A stretch of 64,000 nucleotides of DNA from Octopus bimaculoides (Eukaryota): the NCBI RefSeq assembly GCF_001194135.2, contig NC_068998.1, positions 15,550,142 through 15,614,141 of the forward strand. The letters are read 5' to 3'. The notes below the pieces were generated by a model. It saw only the letters and a program-made list of their open reading frames with translations, was not told where the DNA came from and made no database searches. This document shows, piece by piece, positions 57,610 to 64,000 of this stretch (within the stretch, counting starts at the first letter, position 1; the number at the start of each line of letters is the position of its first letter). Both the position numbers and the translations under genes were made by a program.

Positions 57610-57832
57610 TTTATATATTGGTTTCCAATTTTGGCACAAGGCCAGCAATTTTGGGTGTGCTATTAAGTTGATTATATCAACCCAGTGCTCAAATGGTACT
57701 TATTTTATCAACTCTGAAAGGATGAAGGGCAAAGTCGACCTTGGTGGAATTCAAACTCAGAACATAAAGATAGATGAAATACAACTTAGCATTTTGCCCG
57801 GTGTGCTTATGATTCTACCAGCTTGCCACCTT
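57610..57832 (-). mobile_element. Nin/Deu-domain-like SINE
   Basis: The - strand reads gactttgcccttcatcctttcagagttgataaaataagtacc, matching the cctttcatcctttcggggtcgataaa core of Nin-domain SINEs. Confidence 0.6.
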
Positions 57833-58479
57833 TATCTAAGAAATCATTATTAAGAAGCCATACCTGCTGAAAAATGTATTGTTTTAAAAGATGGGAATAG
57901 AATTAAAGAGTTATGATTATTACTTGTAAAAACCAATATATTTAAATGGTATGGAATTTATAAATACAGATATTTATATGTTATAACATTTATCTATATA
58001 CCTTGATATGCTGTCCAAGACTATCCTTGGTTCCTTGAATCAAACTTACCATTTTAAAGTGATCAAAATGAAAACCTATGGAAATACCTTGTTAATTTAT
58101 TTGCCAAATCCCAGCTTGATAATGACAGAGTTAATTTTACTAATTTTTTAAAAAATTATTTTAAAAATTAATTGAAACAAAGTCAGTGTTTCTTGACAGA
58201 AATATGGTAACAAAAGGGTTAATGTGTCAATCAGCCTGAAACAAGCAGAGTAATGCATTTTTCATAAAAGTATGAAATAGTGCATGCCACAAAATTTGTA
58301 TTCACAAACATGTCATTTGTATTTCAGCACCATAATGCTTCAATAGTTAAATAAAGGTATAGACAAAAGTATATACAAATCAAGCATTTTCTAACTATTG
58401 AAGATATAGATATAAATGTTTAATTACTATAGATAGAAACCATAAATAAATATAATATGTATGTATATATACGTGCCTG

Positions 58480-58514
<35 letters not shown>

Positions 58515-58682
58515 NNNNNNNNNNNNNNNNNNNNNNNNNNNNNNNNNNNNNNNNNNNNNNNATATGTATATATATATATATATGTATGTATGTATATATA
58601 TGTTATATATCATATATGTACATATACACATACATGCACATACACTCACACACACACATCATAAATATATAATATATATATA

Positions 58683-58724
<42 letters not shown>

Positions 58725-58803
58725 TGTGCAATATTTACATGTATATGTATATATGCATGCATGTTTGTATGTTGTTATATATAGTGTGCATTTTTGTCAA
58801 CTT

Positions 58804-58809
58804 TTTATT
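58804..58809 (-). terminator. Candidate polyadenylation signal of the VWA gene
   Basis: AATAAA on the - strand about 80 nt after the stop. Confidence 0.55.
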
Positions 58810-58885
58810 ATCCAATAAAGAAATAAGTGGTTTTAGCCTTGTAGCTGCGATTCTGTTTGGTCATTGAATATTATTCATACAGAAA

Positions 58886-59172
58886 TCAAATTGCTGGACA
58901 TCGTTTGCAAGGAGAGGTGTTGATGTGTTTCATCATACCGAGGAAATCATTACAGCTTCTGAAACTATACACATTATCTGTAGAACTATCAGAAGCTATA
59001 TCAGTTATTTTAATCTTTTTATTGGTAACCTGATCCCTCTTAATAATTGTTAATACAGACACGTGTGCAACAGAGCGCAGTTTCCATGCCTCTCTGTAGT
59101 ACGACGAACGGCATGTTGATCGGCCATCTGTTATTAGAAGCACATCGTATTTAATGCGTGTTTTGGATCCAT
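58886..59172 (-). CDS. VWA gene coding exon 4 (DGSKTRIKYDVLLITDGRS...CKRCPAI*)
   Basis: ctttgcag| acceptor, TGA 58888-58886. Confidence 0.88.
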
Positions 59173-62100
59173 CTGCAAAGAAATGATGAAAATATTAAAA
59201 ATCAAAAGAATTTATTAAAAAAATAAATAAAAAGATAATAACACCGACACAGGAATGGTAGTGTGATTTAGAAAGTCTCTTTGCAACCATATGTTTTTGG
59301 GTTCAGTCCCACAAGTGCCTTGACCAATGCCTTCTGAGTGAATTTGGTAGTTGAAAACTGTGTAATATANNNNNNNNNNNNNNNNNNNNNNNNNNNNNNN
59401 NNNNNNNNNNNNNNNNNNNNNNNNNNNNNNNNNNNNNNNNNNNNNNNNNNNNNNNNNNNNNNNNNNNNNATATACTTGAAACCGCTTGAAAACTGATGTT
59501 GGTTTGTTTACATATTTGTAACTTAGCAGTTTGGTGAAAGAGACCAATAGAATAAGTACTAGACTTTAAAAAATGTATTGGAGATTAACTGTTTGTCAGA
59601 AAAAATTGTTTAAAAAAACCTCCAAAAACTTCAAGGCAGTGTCCCAACATAACCTCAGTCCAGTGACTGAACACACAAAAGATAAAGATAACATCAACTT
59701 GATATGGCTGCAATAGTTTTTAGAAAATATTGGCAAGCTTATTATGAAGCCATGTAAGAACTGACCTGTGTACTTATCAATGTGAGTATATGCTTTCTTC
59801 AACAGAGAAGTTACACAACTGACTCCATCATGTCCATTCAGCTTATGGATGGCTTCTTTAAGTTGTTCAATGCTTTTTGTTTCTGAGTGATATTGCTTCA
59901 CATTGTCATTGTTCGTGATCAGCGTTAAAGAATGGACATCAACAGTATGGTCAAATGTACGGGTGCTGCTTTTTGGCAGACACATATTGTCGACCATTAA
60001 AGTAAGACTCTCTTTAATGTGAGATAATTCATCTGGAGACATCTGCAAGATCATTAAATGTATAAATCAAAATAAAAAATAATAATAAAATCTTTTTATC
60101 ATATTTAATGTAAATACATTAGTCAAAGGCAAGTTACTGTTTGTATTCATCCAGAGATAATATCTCTTATGAATGTGCTCTATTTGAAAACACAGTATAT
60201 GTGTAGCTGTAAGTTTCTGTTTATTCTCAAATTCCTAATGTACTTTATATTTGTAAACCCAATAGTCAATATAACATAGTTTGTCATAAACATTTGTATT
60301 TTGTGGTTTTTTGTCATTTTAGTTACAAAATAAGTAAATTAATTCAACGGAATACACTGTCTGCAAGTCGTTGGGTACAGCATATTATCCTCCATTTTCT
60401 AATTGCTATATAAATTTAGGGTGAAATAACTGCCCTTTTACCAGCACCCACTTATTACACTTGGTATAACACTAGTGTAACAATAATTGGTTACCCTAAC
60501 TCTCTTGCATTATATATGTACATAAAAACGTGTATGTGTGTGTGTGTATATGAAAAAGAGAGAGAGAGAGAGACAGACAAACATAGAGAGGAGATTTTAA
60601 ATGGTTTATAGTCTTTAGGACTTTGTGACTTGATAAAAAATGTTGATACTCTAGTTAGTTACAAAGGCATCCCTATAAAAAGACAATCTGATAACACAAA
60701 TGTGGTTTGCCTTACATTTGTTCTATTTAAAGCACTACCTTTTCCCCTCATCATTTAGAACTACATTCCTACGATTCTTATTTTCCCCTTTATGTTCATA
60801 GGATTCGTATGGTTGGTTTTGAAACTGTGAATACCAAGGCATGGGTATGGCTCTGACGTTAAGAAGCTCAAAATGTAACTATGTGGTTTTGGGTTTGGCT
60901 GTGACACCTTGTGCAAGTGTCTTCTACTATAGCCCTAGGCCAACCAATGCCATGTGAGTGAATTTGGTAGACTGAAACTATATGGAAGCCCATTGGGCTT
61001 CCATGTAGTGTGTGTGTGTGTGTGTGCACGCGTGCGTGTGTGTGTGTGTGTGTGTGTGCGCATGTGTGTGTGTATGTGCGTGTATAATGTCTCACCCATG
61101 CCAGCATGGAAAAAAAGATGTTAAACAATGATGTTGATGATGATGGTAAATGTATATTTATATAATAAACGTATATATATATATATATGTATATGCATAT
61201 CTATATATATCTATATATATCTATATATATACGTATATATATGTATATATATATGTATATGTACGTGTATACACACACACATACACATGCGTACACACAC
61301 ACACACACACAACACATACACACATGTCTTTATGTTTGAACACCACCACCACTTAACAACCGGTGTTGGTTTGTCAGTGTTCCCATAACTCAGCAGTTCA
61401 TCAAGAGACCAAAGAAATGAATATCAGACTTCAAGAAAAAAATGTAGTATTGGGGTTGATTTGTTTGACTAACCTCTTCAGAGCAGTGCCCCAGGATGGC
61501 TGCAGTCCAATTTTTGAAACAAGTTCAAAATTAAAAGAAAACTTTCTTACCTGTGAAGAAAGGTCAAGAAGAAACAATTTACTCCTTTTGCCTTCTTGAT
61601 AATTATTGCCAAAATTGGCAAAGTTCTTCAGAAATCGGTCTTCAAATCGGCAACACATTTCTTTGAATGCTCTTGCAAAATCTATCATAAAAAATAAAGA
61701 TATGAAATTTCACAAGAAGTATAGATTTTACTGTGAAAATATTGAGTATGGTATTCTTTTGCTAGTTAAATAAAAAAATTTTACACTAAATATAAAAATA
61801 AATTATAAACACAGGGACAGGCATAATTATGTGGTTAAGAAACTAGCTTTGTAACCATGTGGTTTCAGGTTCCATCCTACCATACAGTATCTTGGGCAAG
61901 TATCAGAAGAAGAAAAAGAAAACGACAATAATGATGACAATTATACCTATTCCCCTGATTTGAAGTGTCAGATATAAAACTAGATTAATAAAAAATGTAA
62001 CTCTTTTGCCCAAACTGACTCATTTTTGATATCATTGAAAAATGATATCAGAAAGGTAAAAAAATAAAAGAGAAGTCATCGTTTTAAGTAAGATAGAAAG

Positions 62101-62651
62101 AAAGATGTAGAATGATGATGATGTATACAGGTCTGTATTATTTGGACAAATATGTTTTCTTCTTTTTTTTAAGACAGTAAATTGTGATTTGAGGGCGATT
62201 TGGTTGTTATTTCTAGCTGGTTGACCACATAGAAGTTCCCTTGTTGGCTTTAGGATTAAAGTTGTTGCTGGGAAATGGAATGAATGTCACTGAACTTATT
62301 TAACTTCTGCCCATTCCTGCTGAAGTTGAAAGGGTTAATACTCTATTGCAGTACATACTTCTGCTAATGAAAGGTAAATTAATTCTAATTAACACATCTG
62401 TGATGATCATCATCTTCATTTAGCATCCACTCTTCTATGCTTGTATAGGTCAGACAGAATTTGTTGAGGCAGATTTTCGACAACTGGTTGCCATTCCAGT
62501 TGTCAACAGTCATCACCTGTTTTCAGGTAAGGCAAGATTTTCCCACACGTTTTTTGCAGAAGACTGGAAACGAACAACATTGGTTGTATGATGGCAATGT
62601 TTGTTTATGACCATGATGTCAAGACATGGGTATGCACAAACATACACACAT

Positions 62652-62685
<34 letters not shown>

Positions 62686-63885
62686 ATACACATACACACA
62701 TGCATACACATGTATACACATACACACATGCATACACAGACTCATTTACACAAACACATGCATACATATGCACATGCGTATACACACTCACATGGACACA
62801 TGCACACAAATACACTCATATGCTTACACATGCACACACACACATGCATACATACATGCACACATGAATACACACACATGCATATACACACTCACATGCA
62901 CACACACACACACACACATGTATACACATACACACATGCATACACATACACACTTGCATACACAGACTCATATACACACACAAACACATGCACATGCATA
63001 CACACACTAACATGGACACATGCACACAAATACACTCATATGCTTACACACATGCATACATACATGCACACATGAACACACACACATGTATATACACACT
63101 CACATGCACACACACACACATATGCATACATACGCACATGGATACCCACATTCATTCGCACACACATTCATTTAATCACAACTGTACCTTAGATATAAAT
63201 AAACAAAATAATTAATGATATAAAATCAATGCTTCTCAACCATTTTTTACCTATTGACCCCTTTAATTCCCATTTTACTCAGATGGATCCTCTTAGCCAT
63301 TTAATGTTTAAAAAATCCTATTATATTTTTATAATTAAATATTATTTGGAAGTGTATAAAAAAATTTCCAAAAAAAATTTCCAAAATAATTTGTGTATCA
63401 TAGAAATATAAGCAATTTATAGCACATAAATTTTAACACCAAAATCTTATATGAAACCCCAAGTGCCATATGGAACCTGGTTGAGAATCACTGATATAAA
63501 TAATTGTCGACTGATTGATTGATTGATTGATTGGTTGATTTTTCTGTTTACCTTCAAAAAAGTTATGTCCATGATATTGAGGCTCATAAGACTTGTGTTG
63601 AGCTGCATATTCAGGCTGCTTCCATAATCTAAAATAGCCCCACTCACCATTTAAAGAGAAATCTCCAAAGAATGAACCCTGTCGTGGAAAACTGGGATAT
63701 TGCCGGAAAGATTTCTGATGTGCAACCATAGGAGAATAAGAGTTATTTCTGCGACCATAATTCCACAAACCATTGTCATTCCAGCCATCATATTGGGGGT
63801 CTTGATTTCCATAGCCCAAATAATCTTCACCAACAGATAGCGTGTGTGAGATGAGTGTTATTGTAATAATTCCCAGAGTCCACAT
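58886..63885 (-). CDS. Secreted VWA-domain protein (signal peptide + aromatic/G/N-rich region + single VWA domain), 4 coding exons, 342 aa
   Basis: Exons 63885-63552, 61681-61551, 60042-59766, 59172-58886 (1029 nt; phases 1, 0, 1; donors gtaaac, gtaaga, gtcagt). Hydrophobic N-terminus MWTLGIITITLISHTLSVG; VWA hallmarks LFLLDLSSQ, LKEAIHKL..DGVSCVTSLLKKA, VLLITDGRS, ITDIAS..DNVY; AATAAA at 58809-58804. Confidence 0.88.
59766..60042 (-). CDS. VWA gene coding exon 3 (MSPDELSHIK...IDKYT)
   Basis: cttgcag| acceptor, AG|gtcagt donor. Confidence 0.88.
61551..61681 (-). CDS. VWA gene coding exon 2 (DFARAFKEMCC...LFLLDLSSQ)
   Basis: atgatag| acceptor, CAG|gtaaga donor. Confidence 0.88.
62625..63165. 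repeat. Degenerate (CA)n/(CATG) microsatellite with a ~220-bp higher-order duplication
   Basis: catggacacatgcacacaaatacactcatatgcttacaca at both 62791 and 63011. Confidence 0.85.
63552..63885 (-). CDS. VWA gene coding exon 1 (signal peptide and low-complexity region)
   Basis: ttccag| acceptor at 63901-63900, ATG 63885, GAAG|gtaaac donor. Confidence 0.85.
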
Positions 63886-64000
63886 TATGTTAGAATTATC
63901 TGGAACAAAAAGAACATATATATATATATATATATATATAGCTAGTAATTATAGACCAATCATGTGCTTACCATTGGTGTGGAAGCTGTTAAGAGGAATG

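Noticed and set aside
62513-63215. His/Thr-rich and Cys/Val-rich ORFs resembling metal-binding or beak proteins
   Set aside because: Translations of a (CA)n-type microsatellite, open in several frames on both strands, inside an intron
63552-63885. Reflectin similarity of the Y/W/G/D/N-rich exon
   Set aside because: No Met-rich M/FD(X)5MD(X)5MD reflectin repeats, and it has a signal peptide plus a VWA domain

Overview
AT-rich animal genomic DNA, dense in microsatellites, SINEs and LINE fragments, with six N-gaps. The repeat families point to an octopus or other cephalopod (inference). Three spliced genes can be rebuilt by hand with consistent splice phases. (1) EIF2D/ligatin, + strand, 16 coding exons, 2346-26655, 575 aa. 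(2) A DNAJA1-like type-I Hsp40, - strand, 5 coding exons, 41560-31975, 402 aa, ending in the CaaX motif CASH, with a candidate TATA box and a perfect heat-shock element upstream. (3) An unnamed secreted protein, - strand, 4 coding exons, 63885-58886, 342 aa: signal peptide, an aromatic/Gly/Asn-rich region with G-RR and G-KR sites, and one VWA domain with a degenerate MIDAS. The rest is transposon-derived: RTE LINEs, tRNA-derived SINEs, TTAA-flanked piggyBac-like MITEs, and pogo/Tigger, maT (DD37D) and CRE-like fossils. Best leads: a tRNA-headed element carrying a Penelope-type hammerhead ribozyme inside a 46-bp inverted repeat (39319-39600); the VWA gene; a ~118-bp-stem hairpin (53695-53966) lying between two candidate unannotated exons; a duplicated 141-bp block bounded by GT..AG; and two transposons inserted at predicted EIF2D branch points. 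All homology calls come from motif recognition; no searches were run.
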